A stretch of DNA of 64,000 nucleotides from the human T2T-CHM13v2.0 reference genome, Homo sapiens. This document shows, piece by piece, positions 26,177 to 40,600 of the stretch (position 1 is the stretch's first letter; each line of letters opens with the position of its first letter). Location of the stretch: NCBI RefSeq assembly GCF_009914755.1, contig NC_060926.1, one strand, 5' to 3'. The notes beneath the pieces were generated by a model. That model made no database searches and was not told the origin of the DNA. It saw only the letters and a list, made by a program, of their open reading frames with translations. The translations under genes and the position numbers were made by a program.

Positions 26177-27507
26177 CACAGGCAGAGGGAGAAGTAAACC
26201 AAGAGAGAGAGAAACAGAGAGAGAGATGCAGCAACCACTATAGCTTGTGATGAAGAGCTTGGACTTGGCTGGGGAGGTGGGAGGACCTGGGAGAAGTGAG
26301 GAGCAGATCAGTGCAGGTCCCAGTAAATGAAGGAGAGTGTTGCAGGGGGCAGAGGTTCACCAAATCTGACTCCTAACCTTCCACAACAGACAACCCCTTT
26401 ACTTCCTGCACTTGTGGAGTCTAAGCCACAGACTTGCCCTTTAAGGAGCAGCCTGAGGGGTGTGGGCTAATCCTTGGGAGGCATGCTAGAGCAGGACAGG
26501 GCTGGAGGGGCACTGTATTATTTCATTGCAATGCCTCCCATTTGATTCATCAAACACCTGTTTGGTTCATTTTCTTCTGGCTAAATAAACAGAATGGTTG
26601 AAGTTTGAATTGTACAAATTGGCTTTCAACTAGACTACACTGTGAGCTACCTAGGAGTAATTAGAACTCACTTCAGGTCACATGCACAAGAAAAAAGAAA
26701 AAGCCTCTCGTTATCAAGTTGTCTTTTCTTTGTCAGGAGATGGGGTTGAGCAGCTATGGAAATGGATTTGGAAGAGAAACAGGGAGAAAAGCAATGTCGC
26801 TTTAGCTTTTTAGGGAGTAATCAGAAAGAGGGCAGAAAAGCGCATGGGAGAAGTTCTCTCCCGCCAGCCTTGCTGAGTGCCTGGGATGCAGAAGCAAACA
26901 AGCTTCATCTCCTGCCTTTGAGGAGCCACAGCTATGAACACATGACTTATTTCTTTTTGTTTGTAGATTATTCCTTTTAACCATGGACCTGCTTGTTCTG
27001 TATTTTATTAGAATCCTTTCTAGCCACAGAGAATTCCTAGGAAGTTGCATAATACATTAATAGAAATTCCTGACTTGAGAGAAAAGCGTAGAGCTTCAAG
27101 CACAGCCTGGGGACTTTCCTAGTCCTGTGGTTTTCAACAGCTGTCCCACCCCCAACAACACCCGTTCATGCATCCTTAAGGGTCTGTGGGTGTGTTGGGC
27201 TGCAGTGGGAAAAAAAACATGCCCGGTGTCACGTGAAAAACCCCATGAGTTGGCTGTTTGGGAGGTGCTGGCTGACAAATAGTTTCCTTATAGCTTCCTC
27301 CATGGTTGCATAAATGGATGACATCCAGCAGAACCTGTTACACAGGCCTGGATGGGAGCACTAGATCCAGGCGATGGGTGAGGGAGGAAGCCATTGACCC
27401 TGACTCCAGGCTGAGGTCATCCATACTTTCCTCCTTACCCCACAGGACCAGCTTTGATTGTTGGTGAGTAATAGGCTAATACCACTGAGAAAGCTGAGAG
27501 ACCATGA

Positions 27508-27816
<309 letters not shown>

Positions 27817-29211
27817 TGAAATCTAATTCCTTTATGTTAACAATTAAGTTCAGTCGTGTCTGGTGGAGCCAGAGGTCCCCTGAGTTCTAATCCTCCATCC
27901 ATCCATCCATTCATTCATCAAAAAATATTACTGAGCTACTACTTAGGGTCAGACACTGCTTGTTCCACTATGCCAGAGCAATCTCCCTCTCAGAAAAAGC
28001 AAATTACAGAGCTAGTCTTTAGTGAGTTTAAATCTATCAGTTACAACTGATGCTTGCTTTTATGGTTAAAAGAGTTTTGAGGTTAAGTGGCTTTTAAACT
28101 ACCTTTTGTATCATGCAGGTGAACTGACACTAGATGGTGAAAGATAGTCCTAAAGTCATTTGCTCCAAATTGATGTGGGGAGTGAAGGAGGAGAGGGATT
28201 TGCATAGACTGAGGGGTGGTAGACTCAGGTGGGTTCTTGGATGGCACCATGGGTGAGGAACAGGTGTTGGTGGAGGTGGATGATAGTATTAGGTTGGTTT
28301 TTAATTGTTGAGTCTTAGAAACCTACAGGCAATTGAAAGAAATTGTTCGGTAGTTATAGAAATGAAAATCTAGAGCCTGGGCCAGAGCTCAAACAAGATG
28401 CATGTTTGGAAGTCATTGGCAAGTAGGTGATAATTGCAGCTATGAACTATGGCAATCCTCCATCTTTCTTCAAGTTCAGAAGAGTTTCAAACTTTTTAAA
28501 TTGAAAAAGAATTCCTTAAAGAAATGTCATTGCTGCACCCTAGGTCAATAAACAGGATTTATTGATACACATACTTTTTTCTCCTCCTCATTACGTGTTC
28601 TGCCATCCATTCAGTTCACCAGCTTGGCCTCTGTTCGCTGAACTTAGAAAGGATAAATGTCCAGAGATCTCAACCCCATGAACATGGATGAACACCTTGT
28701 TTAACTTCCCTATCCTGGGCTTCAGGTCTTTTTTTCCCCTCATTTAGGAGTGAGGTGAAAGAGCTTCCTCTCTTCTGCTTTTCACATTGTTATGCAAGCT
28801 TGCTAGGTAATTGCTGGTCTTCTTAGTTGGTTTCCTTTTGTGGTCGGAAAGTCAGAGAAGGTGGTTGCCAATAAACTGCCCATGACAGAGTTTACTATGC
28901 CAGAGCTCCTTAATACAAGCTAGAAAATGAACTGGGTTCATCATTTAATTTTTTGAGTCAGGTTGTTTACTACAGGTCTTTATGATATTCTTTGCATTTT
29001 TCCATTATTTGGCATGCAGGAAAGATCATTCTTATTGTATTATGTTGTGACTCTTAACTTCCAACGTTTTTTTTTTTTAACTTGACAGTAAAACAAATAA
29101 AGGGTCAGTAATTAGTTAGGCTTTTTGTTTTAAGAAACTGAGTTATGGCAAGCTCAAGCAGTGAAGATTAATTGTAAAGATATGCAAGGCGATGAGGAAG
29201 ACATAGCCCTC

Positions 29212-29618
29212 TGTATTAGCCCTCTAGGGCTGTTGTAATAAAATAGCAGAGATTGGGGGGCTGAAACAATCTCTGAAATATGAAAGACTTTTATTCTTTC
29301 ACATTATGGAGGTTGGAAGTCCAAGAACAAGATGTGGGCAGGGTTGGTTTCTGTTGAGGCCTCATTCCTTGCCTTGCAGGCAGCTACCTTCTTGCTTTGT
29401 CCTTATGTGGCCTTTCTTCTGTGTGACCCTCCCTAGTATCTCTTCATTTTCTTATAAGGACACCAATCATATTGGATTAAGGCCCCACCCTTATGATCTC
29501 ATTTTAACTTAATGACCTCTTGAAAGATGCTGTCTCTATATGCAGTCACATTATCAGGTACTGGCAGTTAAACCCCAACATATAAATTTGGAGAGGGGGG
29601 CATGATTCAACCCGTAGC
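29212..29618 (-). mobile_element. MLT1B-like MaLR LTR
   Basis: tgtattagccctctagggctg...cttataaggacaccaatcatattggattaaggcccc...attcaacccgtagc. Confidence 0.85.
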
Positions 29619-30276
29619 TGACCCCTCAGGAACCCAGGAATAATAAGTGCTTTATGATGAGGTGTCACAAAGGTTCATCTAGAACCAAGCTGCTTTTAGG
29701 AATTTCAGAAGCAAAAGTTCATAGATCTTTTACCATCAGGATGAACTTGATTATGCTGTGTAATAAGCATCTCTCCAAACCTAAATAGCCAAAAACAACA
29801 AAGGTTTATTTCTTACTTGTACTACTTGCCTTTTGCTAGCCAACAGGTCTCTCCCTTCATAATGTTTACTCAAGGTCTTTAGCTTATAGAGCAGTTACCA
29901 TATTGAACATTGCTGGTCACTGTGCTGGAGGAAAGAGAGATTTCTGGAGGGTCTCACCTCAGCAAGCAAATGCCCCATTCTGGAAATGACATATATCTCT
30001 TCTATTTGAAACTCTCTCTTGTAATTCTTTCTTGAGAAAAAAACAAACAAAAACTCTCAAACTCAAAAGTTGGCCAGGCATAATCACATGGTGACAACCA
30101 ACCTCAAAGAGACTAGAAGTGCAATCCTACAAGATTCCTAGAAGGGAAAGAAATATTGGATAAGCAGTACTAATAGCTATTACATTGTCATTTCGGAGCC
30201 TCATCAGGGATGCATTTGGTCGCTTGCTCACACTCTGCTGCTTTTTCAACTGAATTTTTTTATTTCTCTTCCCATT

Positions 30277-30286
30277 TGTACTAATG

Positions 30287-30327
<41 letters not shown>

Positions 30328-32636
30328 GTTAATGAAGAAATACCCGAGACTGGGTAATTTATAAAGAAAAAGAGGTTTCATGGACTCAAGCACCACATAG
30401 TTGGGGAGGCTTCACAATCATGGTGGAAGGCGAAGGAGGAGCAAAGCCACGTTTTACATGGTAGCAGGCAAGAGAGCATGTACAGGGGAACTGCCATTTA
30501 TAAAACCACCAGATCTCATGAGACTTATTCATTATCACGAGAACAGCATGAGAAAAACCCACCCTATGATTCAATTACCTCCCACTGGGTCCCTCCCATG
30601 ACAAGTAGGGATTATGCGAGCTACAATTCAAGATGAGATTTGGGTGGGAACACAGCCAAATCATATTGTTTTACCGCTGTCCCCTCCCAAATCTCATGTC
30701 CTCACATTTCAAAACCAATCATGCCTTCCCAATAGTTCCCCAAAGTCTTAACTCATTTCAGCATTAACTCAGAAGTCCACAGTCCAAAGTCTCATCTCAG
30801 ACAAGGCAAGTCCCTCCCACCTATGACCCTGTAAAATCAAAAGCAAGTTAGTTCCTTCCTAGATACAGTGGGGGTAAAGGCACTGGGTAAATACACCTCT
30901 TCCAAATGGGAGAAATTGACCAAAATGAAGGGGCTACAGGCCCCATGCAAGTCCAAAATCCAGAAGGGCAGTCAAATCTTAAAGCTCCAAAATGATCTCC
31001 TTTGATTCCATGTCTCACATCCAGGTCATGCTAATGCAAGTAGGTTCCCATGGTCTTGGGCAGCTCTGCCCCTGTGGCTTTGCAGGGTACAGCCCCCACC
31101 TCCCCCACCACCCCAGCTGCTTTCATGGGCTGGTGTTGAGGGTCTGTGGCTTTTCAAGGTACAAGCTGTCAGTGGATCTGCCATTCTGGGGTCTGGAGGC
31201 CTGTGGCCTTCTTCTCACAGCCCCACTAGGCAGCACCCAAATGGGGAGTCTGTGTGGGGGCTCCAACTCCACATTTTCCTTCTGCACTGTCCTAGCTGAA
31301 GTTCTCCATAAGGGCCCTGCCCCTGCAGAAAACTTCAGCCTGGACATCCAGGCATTACCATACATTCTATGAAATCTAGGCAGAGGTTCCCAAACCTCAA
31401 TTCTTGACTTCTGTGCACCCACAGGCCCAACACCATGTGTAAGCTGCCAAAGCTTGGAGCTTACACCCTCTGAAGCAATGACCTGAGCAGTATTTTGGCC
31501 CCTTTTAGCCACAGCTGGAGCTGAAGCAGCTGAGACACACCGTACCATGTCCTAAGGCTGCATAGAGCAGGGGGGCCCTGGCCTCAGTCCAGGAAACCAT
31601 TTTTTCCCTCCTAGGCCTCCAGCCATGTGATGGGAGGGACTGCTGTGAAGGTCTCTGATATGTCCTGGAGACCCTGGAGACATTTTCCCTATTGTCTTGG
31701 TGATTAACATTCAGCTCCTCATTACTTGTGCAAATTTCTGCTGCAGGCTTGAATTTCTCCCCAGAAAATGTTTTTTTTCTTTTTTAGCTCATAGTCAGGC
31801 TGCAAATTTTCCAAACTTGTATGCTCTGCTTCCTCTTGGATACTTTGCCTATTAGAAATTTCTTCTGCCAGGTACTGTAAATCATCTCTCTCAAGTTCAA
31901 AGTTCCACAGATTTCTAAAGCAGGGGCAAAATGCTGCCAGTCTCTTTGTTAAAACATAAAGAGAATTACCTTTATTCCAGTTCCCAATAAGTTGTTCATC
32001 TCCATCTGAGACCACCTCAGACTGGACTTTGTTGTCCATATCACTATCAGCATTTTGGCCAAAGCCATTCAACAAGTCTTTAGGAAGTTTCAAACTTTCA
32101 CACACCTTCCTGTCTTCTGAGCCTTCCAAGTCTCTTGGAAGTTCCAATCTTTCTTGTCTTCTTCTGAGCCCTTCAAATTGTTCCAAATTCTGCCTGTTAC
32201 CCAGTTCCAAAGTCACTTTCACATTTTTGGGTATCCTTATAGTAGTACCCCACTCTACCTGTACCAATTTACTGCATTAGTCCATTTTCATGCTACTATG
32301 AAGAAATACCCAAGACTGGGTAATTTATAAAGGGAAAGAGGTTTAATTGACTCACAGTTCCACATGACTGGGGAGGCCTCACAATTATGGCAGAAGGCAA
32401 AGGAGGAACAAAGTCACGTCTTACATGGTGGCAGGCAAGAGAGCATGTACAGGGAAACTGCCCTTTATAAAACCATCAGATCTTGTGAGAACTCACTCAC
32501 TATCATGAAGACAGCATGGAGGTAACCATCCCCATGATTCAATTACCTCCCACCATGTCACTCCCCTAACACATAGGGATTATGGGAACTACAATTCAAG
32601 AAGAGATTTGGGTGGGGACACAGCCAAACCATATCA
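30277..32636 (-). mobile_element. Full-length THE1 (C/D) MaLR element: 3'LTR 30277-30668, internal region 30669-32272, 5'LTR 32273-32636
   Basis: Two LTRs matching the reverse complement of TGATATGGTTTGGCTGTGTCCCCACCC. Internal MaLR ORF remnant (IPKNVKVTLELGNRQ). Near-TSD CCATT/CCACT. Confidence 0.95.
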
Positions 32637-35388
32637 CCACTCCAGTTAGCTTCCATATCATCCACTCAATTATCCTTTCCCTACTCTTAGTTTCTATTTT
32701 TCAGTTTTTCTGTCCCACAACTCATAGTTGTTCATGGTCCCTCATTGTCCCTTAATCTATCTCATTGTATTTATCTAGTCATCTATTCCAAATCAATTAT
32801 GTTTGTGACAGAAAAAACAGTTACCATAACTGCAAGCTGGGCAGAGTGTTTCACCTCAGACTACTTCCCAGACCCCAGTCTATAGACAGACTTCTTGAGG
32901 GTCTGTCTACTCTCACCCCTGAGTAGAAAGTCCCCTGTTAAAAGTAATGTAGTCAAACAAGACTAAACCCTTCCTCAGATGCTATGTCATAGAATTTACC
33001 CTTACAGGGATCCATGTGCATGGTGGGGACCATAACTATCATGACTAGGAGGGTTGGTGGTCACAAAGAAAGGCAATTAATTATGATTATGGCCTCAGCT
33101 ATCAGTGTCATATGAATCCATAAGATTTAATATTATGACTACAAAGAGCCTTCTTACTTTGGTTCTTAAGGACAGTTAAAAATCAGTACATTTAATGAAC
33201 TGACATGGCTATAAGGTTTCTTTATTTTATATGAACTGGTATAATGTTAGCCAAAAGTATACTGTAAAAAGTTAAGGATGTTACTGTAGAGCACCACTAA
33301 ACATGATGCAAAAAATCTGGTCAATAGATAAAATTAAAATAGAATTCTAACAAGTATTCAATAAATAAAAATGAATGCAGGAAGAGACAATAAACCAGGA
33401 GTGAAGGAAGGGAAAATAAAAAAATATATAGTAATATGGTAGATCTAAAACTAACCATAACAATATTACATTAACTGTTAATGGACTAAACGCTCCAATT
33501 AAAAGTCAGAGATTAACAGAACTGATTATAAAGCGGGGCTCAAATATATTCTATTTATAAGAAATGCAATTTAATTATAAAGGCATAAATAAGGTGAAAG
33601 TAAATGGATGCAAAAAGATAAACCAAGCAAACAATAAGCATAAGAATGTTGATTTGGCTACGTTAATATCAGTTAAAAGACATAAAGATAGAAAGTATTA
33701 CAAAGATAAAGAAGGATCTATCATAATGATAAAAAAGCTGACTAATCAAGAATACCTAAAAATTGTACATGTATATCCACCTAATATTAGTGCAACAAAA
33801 TACATGAATTAAAAATTGACAAATTGAAAGGCAGAAAATGACAATTCTATAATTTTAGTAGGAGATTCTAATACCTTTCTCTTAGGAAATGATACTAAAA
33901 TTAAGTAAAATATTAGCAAGGCATGGAGAATCTGAATATTATCAACCACCTTGCCCTAATTCCTATTCATAGAATATTAGGCCCAACTACCGCAAACTCA
34001 ACATTATTTTCAAGGGCTTATGGTATGCTTAATAAAAATGGCCATACATTTGACAACTAAAGAAGCCTCAATAACTTTAGAAGACTTGTTACCATACAGA
34101 GTATATTTTTTTTACACAACAGAATTAAAAATATATTTAAAATATCTAGGAAAGTCTTAATATTTGGAAATTAAAAAACAAACTTCTAGATGTTTCATGG
34201 TTCAAGAAAGAAAATAACATTTTAGATATCTTTTAAATAACATTAAAAAGTACTCCCAAAACAGAAATACTTCGAAGTGAATTTAACAAAGATATGCTAG
34301 ATCCTTTCATTGAATATTATAGAACATTGCTGGCAGGAATTAGAAGACCTAAATAATGTCATATTCATTAATGGAAGAGTAAACATTTTTAAGGAATCAG
34401 TTTTCTCCTATTTGATCTATAGATTCAATAAGAGCCCATCAAAATCCCAGAAAACATTTTAGTAGAAACTGACAAAGCTGATTCTAAAAATCTGTTTGGA
34501 AATGTGAATGACCTAGATTACATGAAGCAATGTCTAAAACTAAAGAACAAAGCTGAAAGACTTATTTGATGACTTACTATAATGCCACGATAATTATAAT
34601 AATTCTACACAAATGACAATATTAATTAAAGAATAGAGATATAGACTATGAAAGAGACTGGAGAGTTTAGAAATAGACTTACATATACATGGCCAATTAA
34701 TTTTTGGCAAAAGAACTAAGGCAATTCAATGGAAGGCAAAGTCTGTTCAACAAATGGTACTGAAAAACTCTGGTATCCATGTGGAAAACATGAAAATCAC
34801 CCCTAACCTCAAGCCATATTTAAAAATTAACACAACATGTATCATAGATGAAATGGAAAAGGTATAATTATAAATCTCCTGGAAGAAAACATGGAAGTAA
34901 AATCTTTATGACTATAGAAACAAAGACTTTTTGACCTTGGAGTAGTCAAAAGACAGGAAAAGCACAAATCAAAACACACACAAAAAAGAAAAAGCAATGA
35001 ATTGGATTTTATCAAAAGAAAAAAAATGCTCTTCAAAATGCACAGTCAAAAAAGCAAGCTACATATGAAAGAAAACCTTCACTATACATGCATTTCACAA
35101 AAGACATAGAGAATATGGAAATAATTTTAAATAATTTTAGTTCTCAATAAGGGTATAAACAGCTCAATTGAAAATAAGAAAAAGATTTGAACAGATACAC
35201 CATAAAAGATGATATACTCATGGTCAGTAAGCACATGAAAATATGCGCAACATAGTAATCAGGGAAATGCAAATTAAATCACAGTGAAATGCCACCCATC
35301 CATTCAAATGACTAGAATTTAAAAAACTGACAATATCAAGTGCTGACAAGGATATGGAGCAACTGGGAATCTCATACATTTCTGGTGG

Positions 35389-35862
35389 TGTTCTGCAGTA
35401 GATAGGGTTTGTCCAAATCTACACTGAAAGTCCAAGGAAGCTGAGAGGCAGAAAAAAGGGAGGGATATACCTAGTTTTTTAGAAATAAACATTTAGCAGA
35501 GACTTAGGAACAGAAGCTATGCTTTTGTCTTTAGCAGTGATGAGACAATATGGTGGAGCACTATGCCATTAGCTCCCAGACCCAGGGCTTATATACCATA
35601 GAGAAGGAATGTGTAGGACAATTGTAGGGAAAGGCAAGAATGTTGTATAAATCTGTCTATGGGCAGAATTTATGGGCAAAGTTGTTTGGGCTTACTGTAC
35701 TTACTTCACTTACTGTAAATCAAGGGCACAATTTATAGTATGTGCTTTTACAAAAAGAACAGTAGATAAAACAGAAATCTTAGAGGCATTCCCAGAACTG
35801 GGATTAATCAGAAATCATCATGGTGGATTAGCATCCAAGATGAGGTTGCTTCAGTCTCCACA
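35389..35862 (-). mobile_element. Solo LTR (LTR47-like) with perfect 5-bp TSD GGTGG
   Basis: TG...CA termini; GGTGG at 35384-35388 and 35863-35867; L1 sequence resumes in register across it. Confidence 0.8.
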
Positions 35863-35889
35863 GGTGGGTGTGTAAAATGATATGATGAC

Positions 35890-36203
35890 TTTGTTTTGTT
35901 TTTAATCTATTTTTGAGAGAGAGTCTCACTGTGTTGCCCAGGCTGGAGTGCAGTGGCATATCTCTGCTCACCTGCTCACTGCAATCTCCATCTCCCAGAT
36001 TCAAGGGATTGTCATGTCTCAGCCTCCTGAGTAGCTGGAATTACAGGCACATGCCATCACACCCAGCTAATTTTTGTATTTTTAGTAGAGACAGGGTTTC
36101 ACCATGTAAGCCAGGCTGATCTTGAACTCCTGGCCTCAAGTGATGCATCTGCCTCGGCCTCCCAAAGTGCTGGGACTACAGGCATGAGCCACCGTGCCTG
36201 GCC
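35890..36203 (-). mobile_element. AluS with TSD (TGATGACTTT)
   Basis: Alu dimer in reverse, flanked by atgatgactttg on both sides. Confidence 0.95.
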
Positions 36204-38214
36204 TGACATGATGACTTTGAAAAACAATTTGGCAGTTTCTTAAAACTTTCACGTGTCTACCATACTACCTAGCCATTGTACTCCTAGGTATATACGCAAG
36301 AGAAATGACAACATAGGTCTACAAAAAAGGCTTGTACATGAATGTTCACAGCAGCAACATTCAAACAGCCAAAAACTGGGGAGTTGGGAGTGGACAAATA
36401 TTCATTAACAGGTAAACAGGTAAATAAATGAAGAAAATATGCCATAACCAGATAGTGGAATACTACTCAGGTATAAAAAGGAAGGGACCACTAACACCTG
36501 CAACAACTTGGGCAACTCAAAAACATCATGCTGAGTTAAATAAGCCCGAAAAAAGGAGTTCATAATTTATTATTCAAACTGTATAAAATGCAAATTAATC
36601 TATTGTGACAATAATAAATTAGAGATTTCCTGGGGCCAGGGTCGGAGAGAAGGATGGACTTCAAATGAATGAGGAACCTTTCAGGGTTCTTGGGATTTTT
36701 CTATATCTTGACTATGGCGATGGCTTTATGAGTATCTACAATGCCCAGAATTCATTCATTTTAGATGCAGTTTACCATATGTAAGTCTTTCCTCAATAAA
36801 GTTAACAAGAAAAAAAATGTCAGCACATTTGGAATTGACTCTTCATCTCTGCTGAGCCCTGGTCGAAGGACTAATGTTTTTAGTCATTGTGTGAGTCTCT
36901 GTGTGTTAAAAGGGCTTTGCAAACTTTTACAGTGGCATCAGCTAAAGGATCATAATTATTATAATGTTGGAAGGCTTGGAAAATCTGTTAAAGGTAACAA
37001 AAAGGACCGTTTGCTGAGACAATGAGTGAAGAGGAAAAATCTAACCTTGTTCTCCATGGGGCTGTGGACATGTTTGAGATTTAGCATTGGCTGAGCTTTT
37101 CCCTTCAGTGTATAAAAGACACACACACATTATTGTGACTTGAAATGAACCCAAAGAAAATCTTTTGCAACTATAATGTTACCCAGAGCCTGGTAATTTG
37201 AAAGGTAAGAACTGTTTTTCGTGCAGTAGTAAGGATTGTGATTGTAAATGCAGTCTTCTTAATTATATGTACTACTTTAGCTTCTGAAACTGCCATGGCA
37301 TCTTCCTGGCAGGGCACACTGGTGTCCAGAGACAAGGCTGGCCCAGTTGACTTTCCCAGGCCATTGGGACAGTCTGGGTAGCTACTAATAATCTAACAAG
37401 CTATGTGAAAGAGTTTTAGTTTGTGGCAACAATATTCAAATCTTTGAGTCTCGGTCATATTCTCTGAGTTTCCTTTGGATTTGAGAGTCAAATAAACAGG
37501 TTCCACTTAACCTCATTCAGACTTTCCTTTTCTGGGATTGTGGGGAGTGTGTGACTCCTCACTGTGGCTTCACTCCTTTCAGTGTGAGCTCAACTCCAAC
37601 AGTGCAATACTCAGGCCTTCTAAGACCCATATGTGGCAGAAAGTGAAATTGGACAAACAAACTCACCGAGTCAAGACACAACCACTGAGATTCTTTTGGA
37701 TTCATTCAAAATCATATGTCACATTTTTTTTCAAATACTCAGCCCAGGTTTTCTTAAAGCATGGCTTCAGTTTGTTTAAATAAAATAGACCAGGATTTTA
37801 GCAGTTTTGTAAAGTGTGATTGATACACAAACAGACCAATAGATGTTGTCCAGGTCCTTCATGGATCAGACACTCAGAGTGCATTAAATGTACAAGAGTT
37901 TTACTAAAGAAACTCCTGTGAGGGAAAATGGGGAAGAAGCCCAGGGGGATGGGAGAGCCCTCAGGTCGCAGTGCAGAGTGATTCCAGGGGAAGGAGAGAG
38001 GGAAGGACAGAAGCTGGATGGGACTGTCTTTGCTGCACTTCTTAGAGAGTTTATTAAGCTCATCAGGAACCCACAGGCTGAAACACGTATCCAAGGAGTC
38101 CTTTGCCTTCCAGGAAGGGGCCTATCTCAGTGTCCCTGCCAAGCTCAGGCCTTAGCTGAGAATGGCAGATGGGCATCCCTGCAGTTAGAGATCTGAGGGG
38201 CTCTGATGGCCCCA

Positions 38215-38289
38215 GATAGAGAGATGGATGATAGACAGCAGATGGATAGATGATATATAGATGGATAGATAGATAGATAGATAGATAGA
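38215..38289. repeat. (GATA)n compound tetranucleotide STR
   Basis: Read directly from the sequence. Confidence 0.9.
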
Positions 38290-38489
38290 ATTAGAAAATA
38301 CATATCTGTAGTAGTTTTCTCTAGGAGGGATTGTGGGACTTTTGTGGGGGTTTCCCTTTGCTCTTTTGTTTCTGGACAATTTCTACACTTTTTCATGTAT
38401 ATTCTTAACCAAATTCAGTTTAAGATCTCTGCAAGTCTTTCTCTTTTTAAGTAATTCTTTTCCTAATACGAGAAATTCACAATGTTCAT

Positions 38490-38585
38490 GGTATGTGTGT
38501 GTGTCTGTGTGTCTGTTGCATGTGTCTGTTGCTTGTGTGTCTGTTGTGTGTGTCTATTGCATGTGTCTGTATGTTGTGTGTGTAC
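38490..38585. repeat. Degenerate TG-rich repeat
   Basis: Recurring tgtgtctgttg units. Confidence 0.8.
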
Positions 38586-38969
38586 TTGCTTGGACCCATT
38601 GGCACCAAGCTTTCTGATTCTTCTTCATCTTCCCCAGCTTCCTCTCCTCCCAGAAAATACACTAGAAACTTATCTTTGAGGGAAGAAGGCAAGCCTATTA
38701 TAACCTTCTGCCCACATTCCCTTATCTAAACATGCTTATTGGCTACTGGTTACTTATTACATTGAACAGTGAGCACTAATTTATACACTCAAAACCTGCA
38801 TCCTAGGCTCTCTTAAGAAACATGATTGAACCATTTGGGGAATAAGCCAGAGTTTAAGACCTTGTAAAATTCAAAATAAAATTATTTGTGCTCTGAGAGA
38901 TTTATAACGAAAACTTCTAGTCTGTAACACAAGTTAATTTCACAGTATGGTCATTTTGTTTATAAAAGC

Positions 38970-39420
38970 TGTACTGGCTGGAATAGTGTCCCCTCAAAAA
39001 TCCATGCTCACCTGGAACTGCAGGATAGGATCGTAACTGGAAACAGTGTCTTTACAGTTATCCTTATTGAAGGCGAGCTCGCACTGGACTATGGTGGGCC
39101 CTAATCCAATGCCTGATGTCCTTATAAGAAGGTGATATGACACAGAGGAGACACACAGAGAAGACCAGGTGAAGACGCAGGCAGGGACTGGAGTGATGCA
39201 CTCACAAACCTAGGAACGGTGAGGACTGCCGGCAGTCACCAGAAGAAGCTCATAAGAGGCAAGGAAGGGCCCTCCCCTAACGCCTTCAGGGGGCGCGTAG
39301 CACTGCCGACATCTCGAGTCCAGACTCTTAGTCTCCACAACAGTGAGAGGATACATTTTTGTTAATTTGAGCCACCTAGCTTGTGGTACTTTGTCACAGC
39401 ATCCCTAGGAGAGTCATATA
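38970..39420 (+). mobile_element. MLT1C-like MaLR LTR
   Basis: tgtactggctggaatagtgtcccctcaaaa...gggccctaatccaatg...tgtggtactttgtcacagcatccctagga. Confidence 0.85.
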
Positions 39421-39928
39421 GGAGTCAAGGTGACAGAGCCTTATTGTAGAGGTGCTTGTGGACAAAAAACTCATTAGCAGAGGGCCACTGTGCAACCTCC
39501 TCGTGTGGCCTCCCCCGTCAACAAAGTGTATTGTCAATGAAACTTCCTAGATGAGGACTGATGACACCTGAGCTACTTCAAGCCATGCCCCTCACTGCCA
39601 GCTCACATTCCCAAGCCCAGGGCCACTCTGTATGATGTTTGATATCTGCACATAAGGGAGTAACAAAAAGTGTACAGTTACATGGTGACTGCAGCATAAA
39701 TATGTCCATCCCATAACCTCCTGCTGCTTTTGCTTGTATCTGTCCCTAGAGGACAGCCTCCCTCAAACAAACGTGAGGCATTCTTTAGAAGGGAGAGCAA
39801 GGAGAAGGCCTTTGTCATCAATGCACTCTGACTGTTCATGATTATGAACAAAACAGGACAGCAGCTTAGGGACAACTTTGCACATGAGCAATCATTTACT
39901 GCCAACCTCTCTGTGGAAAAGCAACAAT

Positions 39929-40600
<672 letters not shown>

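Larger units (their letters stand above)
33230..36810 (+). mobile_element. Fragmented L1M element (ORF2 remnants to 3' end) carrying nested LTR and Alu insertions
   Basis: Peptide 33564-33812 resembles the L1 endonuclease (KDKEGSIIMIK..VYPPN). Also aatggactaaacgctccaattaaaag, and a 3'UTR ending cctcaataaagtt. Confidence 0.85.

Noticed and set aside
31123-32267. 141-aa and 181-aa minus-strand ORFs
   Set aside because: Frameshifted remnants of the THE1 internal ORF, not host genes.
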